Shown here in pieces: positions 27,096 to 37,990 of a stretch of DNA of 64,000 bases. The position numbers and the translations under genes were made by a program. The notes under the pieces are model-generated. The model was not told the DNA's origin and ran no database searches. It was given only the letters and a program-made list of their open reading frames with translations. Within the stretch, counting starts at the first letter, position 1; every line of letters starts with the position of its first letter. Origin of the DNA: Caldisericia bacterium (GTDB lineage: Bacteria > Caldisericota > Caldisericia > JAAYUI01); NCBI GenBank assembly GCA_963674785.1, contig OY771555.1, forward strand, positions 1,120,001-1,184,000, written 5' to 3'.

Positions 27096-28574
27096 TTACC
27101 ACCTCCTCTTGATTCCGCCTGTTAACCAGCAGACAGGTTCAAGACATTTCATTGCAGAGAAATAAAGCGATGGTCTTAGGAAGAATGGTGGGTCTGTCCA
27201 TTTCCCAGGATTGAGGATCCATGCCTCATCAAGGGATTCCTTCCTACTTATAAAGGCATCTCGATCTTCCTTTGTGCGAAGGGAATAGACGTATGGGGTG
27301 TTAAGCAGTCCAATTCCACCATTTGGAGCTCCGCCATATTTAAGAGCCCGAAGGATGATCTCCATCTGATATGGGGCGGTTGACATAAATTTTACAAGTG
27401 AAAGCTCGTTACCCAAAACCATGAAGAACATAATTCCAGCCTGATCTGGAGAGAGGAGTTCTCCCTTGTAACCCATTTTAAACTTGAGCTTCATTGTGTT
27501 TGTGAGGAATGCATCGAGGCTTTCAACTGGAACTGAAATGTCGGCAGGTGTCACAGAGCTGAATGCGTTTTTGATTCTGAAGTAATCAAGTCTTTCTTCG
27601 TATTCTTCATCAGCCGTTTCTTCTGGAAGAACCTTGATTTCAGGGTCTTCTGTAACTATCGCTTTGATATGTTCTGAGCCAAGTCCGACTTCTTTTGCAG
27701 TTCCTTCAAGCCTGATTACGACACTGATGTTTTCTTCAGTGTGTTCAGGTGCGTGGAAACCGGCCTGTTCAAGAAGATCAAGATATGCACCGTTTACAAA
27801 CTCAACAAAATAGATTCCATCAAGCATCGCAAGCTTTTTGGCATACATGGAGAAATGTGTGTGGTTTTTGAAAAGTAGAAGATGTGTTTTTGTGGCTTCT
27901 GGATTTTTTCGAATCTCAAGAATAACACTTGTGATTATTGCCATCATTCCTTCAGAATGGAAGAAGTCATCGAATTCTATGAGTTTGCCATCCTCTGTTT
28001 TCGCTGATTTTCCAGCTTTTACATTGACAATCTCACCAGATGGCAATACTGCCTCAACTTCATGGATGAGTTTTTTGATGTGTCCAAAGGCGATGCTTCC
28101 GATTCCATAACCCTCAGTTTGCATCCAGCCAGCAACGGTTGATGATCTGTAGGATGTTGGATATGTTTTGAGGCAGTAGCCGTGTTTTTTAAGCTCGAAT
28201 TCAATCTGAGACCAGATAGCACCTGCTTCAACCTTTACGGTACAATTCTTCTCGTTGATTTCGCCAACCTTGTCCATAGCAAGCATTTCACAGGATATAC
28301 CGGCACGTCTTGGAACTGCCTGAAAATATCCAGCTGTTCCACCACCTCTTGGTGTAACTGGAACTTTGTTTTTGGTTGCCCAGGAAAGAAGAGACGAGAT
28401 CTGTTCAGCTGTCTCTGGTCTTACAACAACCTGCGGGATGTGTCCTTTGAAAGCCCAGTAGGCCTCTCCTGGAAGCGGAGTTACATCGAATCCGTAAAAC
28501 CGTCTCTCATAGGGACTTGAGGTAACTTTGATGCCCATTTCGGCAATCTTCTCATGAATAAGCTTGGTTTTCAC
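27096..28574 (-). CDS. FAD-binding oxidoreductase, GlcD/D-lactate dehydrogenase-like
   Basis: VVVRPET, PVTPRGGGT, SEG..AII, C-terminal ILNPGK. Confidence 0.85.
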   Translation of the reverse strand: MKTKLIHEKIAEMGIKVTSSPYERRFYGFDVTPLPGEAYWAFKGHIPQVVVRPETAEQISSLLSWATKNKVPVTPRGGGTAGYFQAVPRRAGISCEMLAMDKVGEINEKNCTVKVEAGAIWSQIEFELKKHGYCLKTYPTSYRSSTVAGWMQTEGYGIGSIAFGHIKKLIHEVEAVLPSGEIVNVKAGKSAKTEDGKLIEFDDFFHSEGMMAIITSVILEIRKNPEATKTHLLLFKNHTHFSMYAKKLAMLDGIYFVEFVNGAYLDLLEQAGFHAPEHTEENISVVIRLEGTAKEVGLGSEHIKAIVTEDPEIKVLPEETADEEYEERLDYFRIKNAFSSVTPADISVPVESLDAFLTNTMKLKFKMGYKGELLSPDQAGIMFFMVLGNELSLVKFMSTAPYQMEIILRALKYGGAPNGGIGLLNTPYVYSLRTKEDRDAFISRKESLDEAWILNPGKWTDPPFFLRPSLYFSAMKCLEPVCWLTGGIKRRW

Positions 28575-28619
28575 TTATACCGTCTCCTTTCCATCAAATC
28601 ATCGGCGTTTTGCTTTTGA

Positions 28620-28880
28620 TTATTTTCCAATAAGTTTTTCGATTAATCTTCGAAGGGTTTCAACTTTTTCGTCTTTGATTTTTACATCAACGCACTCAGC
28701 AAGTTTGTTTTCAATCAGCAGATAACCGATTTTGCCAATCCCAGCTCTTACTGCAGACACCTGATGTGCTATCTCTTCGCATGGTCTGTCCTCTCTTACC
28801 ATACGCGAAAGACCTCTCACCTGTCCTTCGATTTTTGCAAGTCTTGTAATTAGACTTTTTTGGAATTCTTCACTTCTCAT
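28620..28880 (-). CDS. CsoR/RcnR/CstR-family transcriptional repressor
   Basis: RLAKIEGQVRGLSRM...C..I..Q..A.R...EC. Confidence 0.88.
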   Translation of the reverse strand: MRSEEFQKSLITRLAKIEGQVRGLSRMVREDRPCEEIAHQVSAVRAGIGKIGYLLIENKLAECVDVKIKDEKVETLRRLIEKLIGK

Positions 28881-28947
28881 ACTTTAACCCATTATGCCAG
28901 GGCAAGGAGATTTAGACAAGTCAGTTTTTAAATAAATATTATTAAAA

Positions 28948-29409
28948 TCAAGAATTCTGACTCTCAATATCGAGAAGACGTGTTTTCATGTTCATGCCAT
29001 ATTTGTAGTTACCGCCATGATTTTTTGCAACAACTCTGTGGCAGGGGATAATTATTATGATTGGAATTTTCTTAAGGGCACTTCCGACCGCTCTGCTTGC
29101 TCTCGGGTGACCGGCGATTTCTGCAATATCCGAATAGGTGACTGTTTCACCATACTCAACCTCTTCAAAAACTGTTAACCAGACTTTCTTTTGAAACTCA
29201 GTCCCATCAAGATCAAGTTTCACATCAAACCTTTTTCTTTCACCTGATAGATATTCATTCATCTGGGTTCTAATATTTTTTGCAAAATAGGAAAGGGATT
29301 CTTCTTCGGTTAAATCTTGTTCTGTCGGCAAAAAACCCGACAATTTCCCGTCAGATTCGATCAACAGGAAATTGCCAAGTTCGGTTTTTATAACGAATTC
29401 AAGCGACAT
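28948..29409 (-). CDS. ogt: Methylated-DNA-protein-cysteine methyltransferase
   Basis: GTEFQKKVW, YGETVTY, RAVGSA, IPCHRV. ATG 29409 overlaps the upstream stop codon (TAATG). Confidence 0.9.
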   Translation of the reverse strand: MSLEFVIKTELGNFLLIESDGKLSGFLPTEQDLTEEESLSYFAKNIRTQMNEYLSGERKRFDVKLDLDGTEFQKKVWLTVFEEVEYGETVTYSDIAEIAGHPRASRAVGSALKKIPIIIIIPCHRVVAKNHGGNYKYGMNMKTRLLDIESQNS

Positions 29410-30251
29410 TATTCGGTTGGCGATTCCCATTTTTCGAGTGTCAATGTGAGTGTCATTTTTGGAGTCTCGAGTGTTCCAGCTTCAAGCCTTTGGGCACCGG
29501 GATGAGACATATATCCCTGATCCTGCTCGTATTTTATCATTCTTCCAGTATCTTTTTCGTACCATAATCTCTGGGCGTATTCATTGGCATAGATTCCAGC
29601 GGCATATGTATGATATACGTTATTGTTGATCATGATATCATGCTCTTCGCCTAACCAAATCATTCCCTGAAGTGGTGTTCCAGACTTGTTTGTGAAATAT
29701 GTAAAGTATTTTTTGAAATCTGGCTTATAAGGAATTGTTGGAGTGTGCCAAACGACTTCGTCACCATCAAGATATTCCTCGCCTTCGAATGTTTCGATGA
29801 ATTTAATATCGTTGGATCTTGATCCTGCAGGTGTTTCCTCAGTCCAGCTTACCATTCCATTCCCATAATTTGAATTTGTTTTGTGCCATCCGGAGACATC
29901 TCCATCCCATGATAGTTCATAGCTAGATGTAAGAGGTTTCCAGTCCTCAAACCTGACTGCAGTTTCTCCAATGCTTTCAATATTTTGAGTGAGTCCCCAC
30001 GCACTATCTTGATATTGGGTTGTTGACTCGTTTTTTATCTTTAAAACCTTCTGCCCATCAATTTCATCATGTGTAAATGTGTAGGTCACTTTACCGATGT
30101 AAATGTTGTCGGCAAACATGTTGTATGTCGCCTTTGTGCCATCTAAGTAAAGATTTTCGTTGACGGATGTTTCAACTGTTGGTGTTCTTTGTTCACACCC
30201 AATAGAAACTATCATAACCACTGCAAGACAAAGGATAAAATATTTCTTCAT
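29409..30251 (-). CDS. Lipoprotein of unknown function (beta-rich, possibly DUF3108-like)
   Basis: MKKYFILCL...SIGC lipobox and C-terminal LWYEKDTGRMIK. Confidence 0.6.
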   Translation of the reverse strand: MKKYFILCLAVVMIVSIGCEQRTPTVETSVNENLYLDGTKATYNMFADNIYIGKVTYTFTHDEIDGQKVLKIKNESTTQYQDSAWGLTQNIESIGETAVRFEDWKPLTSSYELSWDGDVSGWHKTNSNYGNGMVSWTEETPAGSRSNDIKFIETFEGEEYLDGDEVVWHTPTIPYKPDFKKYFTYFTNKSGTPLQGMIWLGEEHDIMINNNVYHTYAAGIYANEYAQRLWYEKDTGRMIKYEQDQGYMSHPGAQRLEAGTLETPKMTLTLTLEKWESPTE

Positions 30252-30490
30252 AATATCTGATGTTATTTCCTGCTTTGTTTTTTTCAAGGTTTTCATATCT
30301 GTATTACTCATTGGTCATTGATTTTGTTTCATGATATTGACGGTTTTAATGATCTTAATTCAAAGTTGATAATAACTTAGAATTTGACCTGCTGAACCAT
30401 TTACATAGAATATAGTATTCGTTTTTGAGACGATTTATTAGATGTGAAGAAGCAAAGAAATGCTCATGAAAAGGGCATTAACCGACAGGG

Positions 30491-32791
30491 GTGAAGATGA
30501 AAGAGCCTGCAGTTACAAAGAACGCTTTAGCTGTTTTGAACAAGAGGTATTTGAAGAAGGATAAAGAGGGCAATCCGATTGAAAAACCAATTGATATGTT
30601 CATGCGGGTTGCAAGAACTGTAGCTGAGCCTGACAAACTATATGGTGCTGATGATGGTCGAGTTGAAAGAACCTACAAGCAATTTCTAGATGTCATGCTT
30701 GACCTGGATTTCCTGCCAAACTCACCAACTCTTATGAATGCAGGAAGAGAGCTTGGTCAACTTTCGGCTTGTTTTGTTCTTCCTGTTGACGATTCAATTG
30801 AATCAATTTTTGATGCGATCAAGTATACTGCGATAATTCATAAAAGTGGTGGTGGAACTGGATTTTCATTCTCAAGACTAAGACCAAATCTTGATAAAGT
30901 TGGCTCAACAGGTGGCGTTTCATCTGGTCCTGTTTCGTTTATGAAGGTTTTTGATGCCTCGACTGAGGCTATCAAGCAGGGTGGCACACGTCGCGGAGCA
31001 AATATGGGTATCCTCAGGGTAGATCATCCCGATATCCTTGAATTTATCAAATGTAAAAGTGTTGATGGAGAAATAAGTAATTTCAATATTTCTGTAGGAT
31101 TGACCGCAGAGTTTATGAGGGCAGTTGAGCATGATCAGGAATACCCACTCATTAATCCTAGAGATGGTAAGGAAGTCTCAAGGATCAGGGCAAAGGAAGT
31201 ATTTGATCTGATCGTAGATATGGCCTGGAAGAATGGTGAGCCGGGAATCGTGTTCCTCGACAGACTAAATGCCGATAACCCAACACCTTCTATTGGTGAG
31301 ATTGAATCGACCAATCCTTGTGGAGAACAACCACTCTTGCCTTATGAAGCTTGCAACCTTGGTTCAATAAACCTTGCTCATTTTGTAAAAGATGGCGAAG
31401 TTGATTGGACTAGATTAGAGAAAGTAACAAAGATAGCAACTCATTTCCTTGATAATGTTATTGATGCAAACAAATACCCACTTCCTCAGATTACGGAGAT
31501 GTGTCAAGCCAATAGAAAAATTGGTCTTGGAGTTATGGGTTGGGCAGATATGCTTTTCCTACTAAGAGTTCCATATAACTCCGAAGAAGCGGTTTCTTTG
31601 GCTGAAAAGGTGATGGGTTTCATCCTTGAAAAGGCGAGAGAAAAATCGAAAGAAATAGCCGAACTTAGGGGGCCATTTCCAAACTACAAGATTTCGACCT
31701 TTGCAAATGCTGGAGAACCTCCAATTAGAAATGCCACAATAACAACGATTGCACCAACCGGAACAATTTCGATGGTTGCAAACGCTTCATCCGGAGTTGA
31801 GCCTGTTTTTTCACTTGCCTATATAAGAAATATTATGGGTGGAAAAAAGTTCTTTGAGGTCAATTCTGTTTTTGAGGAGGAGATGAAAAAGACTGGGTTC
31901 TATAGTGATGAGCTTCTCGAAAAGGTCGCATCAGAGGGAACTCTCCATGGAAATCCAGATATCCCGAATGATGTAGCTGATGTCTACAAATGTGCTCATG
32001 ATATTGATCCAGTTTGGCACATAAAAATGCAAGCGGCTTTCCAAAAATATGTTGATAATGCGGTTTCAAAAACGATCAACTTCCCAAACTCTGCAACAAA
32101 GGATGATGTAAGGGGAGCTTATGAACTTGCGTATAAACTTGGTTGCAAAGGAATAACTATATACCGAGATGGTTCAAGGAATGAACAGGTCTTGCAGCTC
32201 ACAAAAAAAGAAGAGCAACCAACCTCTGAAGAAAAACCAACAAAAAAACTACCTGTTGAACCGAGACATAGACCGACAGAAACAATTGGTTCTACATACA
32301 GAATAAGAACGGGTTGCGGAAACCTTTTTGTAACGATTAATTCAGATGCTGAAGGTGTTTGTGAAGTTTTTGCAACAATGGGAAAATCTGGTGGATGTTC
32401 AGCAGCACAATCAGATGGTATCGCCAGATTGATTTCACTAGCCCTCAGAGCAGGTGTCGACACTAAAGCAATTGTAAGCCAGATAAGGGGACTTAGATGC
32501 CCAGCCCCAGCTTGGGGAGAACATGGTTCTGTCTTATCTTGTCCTGATGCAATAGCACAAGCATTGGAAGGACATATCAGGAAAGTAGCAGGAAAAAGCA
32601 TTGATTTAGACGCAATTCATGAAGAACCACAAAAAAAAAGTCATGATCCGGTCAATGTAGTGGATGAATCCGATGCCCCTACTGATAATGTTTTCGGTCA
32701 TAATCCACAGTGTCCTGATTGCGGTTCGATGCTTGAATTTGCAGAGGGATGTGTTATCTGCAGGTCATGTGGTTATTCCAAATGCGGTTGA
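30491..32791 (+). CDS. nrdJ: Vitamin B12-dependent (class II) ribonucleotide reductase with TSCPD domain and Zn ribbon
   Basis: PNSPTLMNAG, QLSACF, TNPCGEQ, TIAPTG, LSCPDA, CPDCG...CRSCGYSKCG. Confidence 0.93.
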   Translation: MKMKEPAVTKNALAVLNKRYLKKDKEGNPIEKPIDMFMRVARTVAEPDKLYGADDGRVERTYKQFLDVMLDLDFLPNSPTLMNAGRELGQLSACFVLPVDDSIESIFDAIKYTAIIHKSGGGTGFSFSRLRPNLDKVGSTGGVSSGPVSFMKVFDASTEAIKQGGTRRGANMGILRVDHPDILEFIKCKSVDGEISNFNISVGLTAEFMRAVEHDQEYPLINPRDGKEVSRIRAKEVFDLIVDMAWKNGEPGIVFLDRLNADNPTPSIGEIESTNPCGEQPLLPYEACNLGSINLAHFVKDGEVDWTRLEKVTKIATHFLDNVIDANKYPLPQITEMCQANRKIGLGVMGWADMLFLLRVPYNSEEAVSLAEKVMGFILEKAREKSKEIAELRGPFPNYKISTFANAGEPPIRNATITTIAPTGTISMVANASSGVEPVFSLAYIRNIMGGKKFFEVNSVFEEEMKKTGFYSDELLEKVASEGTLHGNPDIPNDVADVYKCAHDIDPVWHIKMQAAFQKYVDNAVSKTINFPNSATKDDVRGAYELAYKLGCKGITIYRDGSRNEQVLQLTKKEEQPTSEEKPTKKLPVEPRHRPTETIGSTYRIRTGCGNLFVTINSDAEGVCEVFATMGKSGGCSAAQSDGIARLISLALRAGVDTKAIVSQIRGLRCPAPAWGEHGSVLSCPDAIAQALEGHIRKVAGKSIDLDAIHEEPQKKSHDPVNVVDESDAPTDNVFGHNPQCPDCGSMLEFAEGCVICRSCGYSKCG

Positions 32792-32945
32792 TTTGCAAAA
32801 AGATTTCTTTGAAAGTTAACTTTCTATGAAACAGTAATACTTGGAATTTAATAGAATTTATCTGTGCTAGAAGTTAGTCTTATAGGTGAAGAAGTATCTA
32901 GTTTTTACAGTGAAAGTGCTCTATAATGAATAGAGGAGGCAATGA

Positions 32946-35900
32946 ATGAGAAAGTATGTAGTTTTATTTTGTGTCCTGGCTTTGATTATGTTGGGAATGC
33001 CAATGTCGGGAACTGATGCTATGGCAAAACTTGATCCTGCACTTGTAGATTTTTCAGGTCTTGATCCAATTCATCAGGATAGCGATATGATTCCAGTCAT
33101 AATAAGGCTTCAAGGAAATGGCGTTATCACTGAGATGACAATGGATGGCAAGTTTTTTACAAATACAAACGAACTTAATGGTTCATCTAATCTGACCAGA
33201 GTTGCTTCACTCTCAAAAGTTCTTACAGAGCAGGGATATGCAATAAGCAATATAAGCAATCTTATCGATGGAATCGAGATTATTAATTCTTATCAATTGA
33301 CAACTAATGCAATTAGAGCTTTAGTTCCACGTTCAAAAATTATGGATCTTGCTGAGATGGATTTTGTGAAAAACGTTTGGTACGAAGCACCACAAGAACT
33401 TCACAGATGGCATAGCAGAACACCAATGAATTGCTGGCCCGTATATAACCAAGAAACAGATCTTGATGGTGATGTTTGTCTTGACCCAAAAGGAAGACCA
33501 ATCGATGGAACGGGAATAGTCTGTTCTGTTACAGATACGGGTCTTGATTACACACACGTAGACTTTGGAAAACAGTCAAAACCTGAAGGTGCCAAAGTTG
33601 TTATTTCGCATGATTTTGCTGATACCGATGAAGATTGCCAAGAAGAAGAGGGGCAGACTCATGGTACTTGCTGTGCTGGAATTATTGCAGGTGATGGTCC
33701 AGACGAGCAAGAAAAAGGTATTGCTCCGAAGGCAAAACTTGCTGGGTATAAGATAGCAAACTCACGCGGGTATCTCGTTGGTGATATCGGTGCAACTTGG
33801 GAGATGATGGTCAAAGAAGGAATAGATGTTTCAAATAATTCTTGGGGAAGACCTGGTGGATGGTCATCGTTCCATGAGCAGGAAAACAATGCTGTTCTTG
33901 CTGGCGTTAGTGTTATTGCCTCACAGGGAAACAATGGACCTCCTGGACCAAGCTTGCCGGTCCCTTGTGGTTCAACTTCTTCACCAGAAAATGTCATCGG
34001 AGTAGGTGCAACTTTAGATTACGCCTATTTCTCAAAATCTATCATCACCGATGCTCCAGATATTGATGACATTGGAAAAGAATATAAAGGTATTTGGGGT
34101 GTTACAACCCACGACTTCACAGATTATGGAAGACCAATTCAAGTTTTAGATTGTGGATGGGGCAGAGAAGGTGATTTTGCAGGTCTTGATCTGAATGGTA
34201 AAATCGCTCTTATCCAGAGAGGTCCTAAAACAGAAGATCAAGATAAATATGGTCCTGCATTGAACTTCTCAACGAAAGTTGCACGCGCAAAACAAAATGG
34301 CGCGATTGCCATAATGCTTTATAATCACTCCGCAGGGTTTATTCAGTCTTTCTATCTGAATGTCCCTTCAGATCAGCTCGTTCCTTCTTTTGAGATGCTA
34401 AATTCCCAGGGGCTTGAATTTGTTGAGATGCTACATGCCGGAAATGATTGGGATTTGGGAAATGTCGACAGAAATCAGAATGATGTTTTTGTAAAATTTA
34501 CAGAACCACAGGGTTATGGAAATATAACAGGATTCACATCCTCTGGCCCAACTCAATATGGAAGTTTAAAACCCGATGTTTGTGCGCCTGGAGAAAAAAT
34601 CAGAACAGCTGCAGCAACCTGGTCAATTGGTAAGACGCTTTATGGTGAGAAAATGGGTAATCCACCATATACGAATGTTTTTAATGGTACATCTGCTGCT
34701 GGTCCGTTTGTCTGTGGAGCCGCTTGTCTTGTGAGACAGGCAAGACCAGAGTGGGGACCTTTGGAAGTAAAAAGATCACTCATGAATACTGCAAATCTTC
34801 TTAGAAGATACAAAGATGATAACTATGTACCATTCCTTTCTCAGGGAATGGGAAGAGTGGATGGTTTCAATGCTTGTATGACAGACATTCTTATTCAGCC
34901 ACCATCAGCCCTCATTGTTGTGGAAAGTGAATATGTAAAAATAGACGATCCACCAGAAGAATGGGAAGATAGAAACAAAAAGGCGAAACTCCCTGCTGAC
35001 ATTAAGAGATCCCTTATTGCCTTTAAGGTATACAATTACAGTTCCGAAAACACTCATAATCTTGAGATGAGCTACGAGGTTAACTCAAGACAGGCTGACG
35101 AGATAAAGGTTAATTTCACAACCGACACCGTAACCATCGAAGATGGATCTGGTGATCAGCCCAGTTCTTCATGGGTAGGACTAGATATTGAATGGCCGGT
35201 CAAACTTACTGGTGGAACAAATGATATTGTTATTTGGTTCACTGACAAAAAAACTGGTCAGAAATGGCATACTGGAATCACCCTTTTCAATAACAACCCA
35301 ACAGTTCAGGGTGCAAGATACTCTTACGCAAGTTTTCTTGAGTACACAAATCATGGGCTTCCTCCAACATCAACACCAAATGGTGATGGGATTACCGATG
35401 GTTTGGATGTGAACTACACTTTGACAAATGGATCTTATAGTAGTTATTCAGGCGAGTATGATAACTATGCGGATGGTGTATCATTTATGGTCAAAGATTA
35501 TAATGAAAAAACCTGGCAAATTATTCATTCTGAATCAATTCTAGAGCTTGGTGAACATGAATTTTCTTGGGATGGTTTAGATGGTGCCGGAGAGTATTTG
35601 TTACCAGATGGAGAATGGTATCTTGGTATGCGGATTATGAACAAGACAGTTGATTGGAGTATTCCAGCGTATGTTTCTGTTCCTTATGAGTTGACATACT
35701 TCAAGTGGCCATTCCAAGTTGATGATAGTGTTGTGCCTCCGTTGCCTCTTGTTTCAGCTTATCCGATCCCGTCAACACCGGGAAAAGGAAGTGAGTTTGA
35801 GCTTGGAATATATATCCAGTACGCAACAAACATTAAGAGTATCCAATTTGACATAATATTGCCTGGACTTTCTGATATTGCCAAGTACATGGGAAACAGA

Positions 35901-36383
35901 AAAGGCGATTTCATGTTTAGGGATGCTTCGTATACGGCCAACGATGCTGGAAATACAGCTTTTAATTACTATAGTGTTGAACAAATGGGTGAAGACAAAT
36001 TTAGAGTTGACATACAAAGACCACTTGATGGAGTGTCAGGTGAAGGTTGGCTTACATACCTTAAGCTTCTCCCTATCGCATCAAATTATCTTGACGTAAC
36101 ATTTGATAATCTCAATATCTCCTATATCAACGAAGAAACTATGGCTGAGGAATACAAGTTTGCATTCTATAAGACTTCCTCAATCACAATTGATAAAGAG
36201 TACTATGATCCAGAGGACTTCAACCACGACGGAAATATCGATGAAGATGATCTTGATATTCTGACTGCTGCCCTTGGAAGCACTAGAGGTGAGAGCAGAT
36301 ATACATGGAGATGTGATCTTGATTACAATGGTATCATTGATATGAATGACATGGTAATCTTTGCTCAGGCATACGAAGACTAG
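32946..36383 (+). CDS. Secreted S8 subtilase with PA domain, FlgD-like Ig domain, cohesin-like domain and C-terminal dockerin-like domain
   Basis: TDTGLD, HGTCCAG, GTSAAGP triad; GKIALIQRG (PA); FSWDG; DFNHDGNIDEDD...DLDYNGIIDMND. Confidence 0.85.
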   Translation: MRKYVVLFCVLALIMLGMPMSGTDAMAKLDPALVDFSGLDPIHQDSDMIPVIIRLQGNGVITEMTMDGKFFTNTNELNGSSNLTRVASLSKVLTEQGYAISNISNLIDGIEIINSYQLTTNAIRALVPRSKIMDLAEMDFVKNVWYEAPQELHRWHSRTPMNCWPVYNQETDLDGDVCLDPKGRPIDGTGIVCSVTDTGLDYTHVDFGKQSKPEGAKVVISHDFADTDEDCQEEEGQTHGTCCAGIIAGDGPDEQEKGIAPKAKLAGYKIANSRGYLVGDIGATWEMMVKEGIDVSNNSWGRPGGWSSFHEQENNAVLAGVSVIASQGNNGPPGPSLPVPCGSTSSPENVIGVGATLDYAYFSKSIITDAPDIDDIGKEYKGIWGVTTHDFTDYGRPIQVLDCGWGREGDFAGLDLNGKIALIQRGPKTEDQDKYGPALNFSTKVARAKQNGAIAIMLYNHSAGFIQSFYLNVPSDQLVPSFEMLNSQGLEFVEMLHAGNDWDLGNVDRNQNDVFVKFTEPQGYGNITGFTSSGPTQYGSLKPDVCAPGEKIRTAAATWSIGKTLYGEKMGNPPYTNVFNGTSAAGPFVCGAACLVRQARPEWGPLEVKRSLMNTANLLRRYKDDNYVPFLSQGMGRVDGFNACMTDILIQPPSALIVVESEYVKIDDPPEEWEDRNKKAKLPADIKRSLIAFKVYNYSSENTHNLEMSYEVNSRQADEIKVNFTTDTVTIEDGSGDQPSSSWVGLDIEWPVKLTGGTNDIVIWFTDKKTGQKWHTGITLFNNNPTVQGARYSYASFLEYTNHGLPPTSTPNGDGITDGLDVNYTLTNGSYSSYSGEYDNYADGVSFMVKDYNEKTWQIIHSESILELGEHEFSWDGLDGAGEYLLPDGEWYLGMRIMNKTVDWSIPAYVSVPYELTYFKWPFQVDDSVVPPLPLVSAYPIPSTPGKGSEFELGIYIQYATNIKSIQFDIILPGLSDIAKYMGNRKGDFMFRDASYTANDAGNTAFNYYSVEQMGEDKFRVDIQRPLDGVSGEGWLTYLKLLPIASNYLDVTFDNLNISYINEETMAEEYKFAFYKTSSITIDKEYYDPEDFNHDGNIDEDDLDILTAALGSTRGESRYTWRCDLDYNGIIDMNDMVIFAQAYED

Positions 36384-36407
36384 AATTTTTACCAAAATAA
36401 GATTTTC

Positions 36408-36440
36408 AAAAAGGGTGAGTTTTTTGACTCACCCTTTTTT
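36408..36440 (+). terminator. Intrinsic terminator
   Basis: AAAAAGGGTGAGT...ACTCACCCTTTTTT. Confidence 0.85.
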
Positions 36441-36467
36441 CATTGTTATGCTGTTTTTTGAAGGATT

Positions 36468-37433
36468 ATGAAAAAAAGAGAATTCGAACAGATTGGTATT
36501 AGTTATATTCGGAAAAACAAACTTCTTGAGAGAGGAGATTCAGTTTTGGTCGGATGCTCTGGAGGGGCTGATTCAATCTGCTTAGCTATTTTTTTAAAAA
36601 GAGTCTGTGCGTTGTTTTCATGTAAAATTAGTTTGGCTCATATTAACCATAATTTGAGGGAGGGAAGCAAAAATGATGAGGATTTTGTCCGAGATTTTGC
36701 AACTGAAAACTCTCTTGACTTACATGTTGTATCTTTAAAAATCGGTAATCACAAGGGCACACTTGAGGAAAAAGCTAGAAACATAAGGCATGCTGCCTTG
36801 CGTAAAATTGCAAAAAAATCCGGAGCAAATAAAGTTGCCTTGGGACACACATCAAGTGATCGAGCAGAAACAGTGATACATAATTTGGCAAGAGGCTCTG
36901 GTTTGTTTGGTGTAGGAACAATGAAGCCTGTGAATGGAAGCATAATCAGACCGATTTTATTTTCTACAAGAGATGAAGTTTTAGATTATCTTTTTTACAA
37001 TAATCAATCCTTTATCGAAGACGAGTCAAATCTTGATCTGAATTTTTCAAGAAACAGAATCAGACATAATGTTATTCCCGAACTAAAACAGATTTTTTCT
37101 GGAACAGAGAAATCTATATCGAGGTTTGCAAGTATTTCTGCGACCGAATCCGAATATTTAAACAAAATTGCTAAACAGCTGTATGAAAGATGTGTCAAAG
37201 AAGAATGTGGAAAATATATTATCGACATCGAAGAAATTGGAAAAATCGATCTGGTGATAAGAAGAAGAATTTTAAGGATGACAATGATGAATGGTCTTGT
37301 TCCACCGACACTCGAAGTTGTTGATAAGGTGATTGCTGTTCTTGAATCAAATAGCAAAAGGAATGAGACCTTCGGTAGTTTTTCCTTGAAAAAGGATAAA
37401 AAAACACTGATAATTTCGACCTTGAGGGATTAG
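36468..37433 (+). CDS. tilS: tRNA(Ile)-lysidine synthetase (short form)
   Basis: SGGADS, HINH, E..AR, DESN...RNRIR, and the tilS-hpt-ftsH gene order. Confidence 0.92.
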   Translation: MKKREFEQIGISYIRKNKLLERGDSVLVGCSGGADSICLAIFLKRVCALFSCKISLAHINHNLREGSKNDEDFVRDFATENSLDLHVVSLKIGNHKGTLEEKARNIRHAALRKIAKKSGANKVALGHTSSDRAETVIHNLARGSGLFGVGTMKPVNGSIIRPILFSTRDEVLDYLFYNNQSFIEDESNLDLNFSRNRIRHNVIPELKQIFSGTEKSISRFASISATESEYLNKIAKQLYERCVKEECGKYIIDIEEIGKIDLVIRRRILRMTMMNGLVPPTLEVVDKVIAVLESNSKRNETFGSFSLKKDKKTLIISTLRD

Positions 37434-37447
37434 GGCTAGTATTTATA

Positions 37448-37990
37448 ATGAAGACAATGGATTATGAACTTGGAGACATCCTTATTTCAAAGGATGCAAT
37501 AAAAAAGAGAGTCTCTGAACTTGCATGTGAAATTATCGACACTATGCGCGAACCATTTGTTTTTTTATCGATTTTAAATGGCTCATTTATCTTTACAGCA
37601 GATTTAATAAGAGAATTCCCACTTTCACCTGAAGTTCAGTTTTTGAAGGCAAGTTCATATGGATCAGGAACTGTCAGTAGCGGGAGAATAAATATATATG
37701 GGAAAGAAGAAATAAAAATAAAAGACAAAAATGTGATTTTGGTGGAGGATATTGTCGATACTGGGCTCACAATCACAGAGCTTGTGAGAAATCTCGATGC
37801 TTTTGAGCCAAAAACCATAAAAGCTGTAACATTGCTTGATAAGCCTGATCGAAGAAAATATGAGTTTAATCCAGATTTCGTCGGTTTTAGAATACCCGAT
37901 TTTTTTGTTGTTGGGTATGGGCTGGATTATAATCAAAAATATCGGGGGCTTCCCGATATTTGGAATATGGAATTAAGTGAGGAAAAATGA
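37448..37990 (+). CDS. hpt: Hypoxanthine phosphoribosyltransferase
   Basis: ILVEDIVDTGLT, FVVGYGLDY. Confidence 0.95.
   Translation: MKTMDYELGDILISKDAIKKRVSELACEIIDTMREPFVFLSILNGSFIFTADLIREFPLSPEVQFLKASSYGSGTVSSGRINIYGKEEIKIKDKNVILVEDIVDTGLTITELVRNLDAFEPKTIKAVTLLDKPDRRKYEFNPDFVGFRIPDFFVVGYGLDYNQKYRGLPDIWNMELSEEK

Noticed and set aside
25954-27112. Long antisense ORFs (208 aa and 141 aa) and similar shadow ORFs across the window
   Set aside because: They lie opposite well-supported genes, lack RBS or motifs, and are explained by codon bias.
30400-30450. NrdR box or cobalamin riboswitch upstream of nrdJ
   Set aside because: Only a weak AT-rich partial match, and the leader is too short for a B12 riboswitch.
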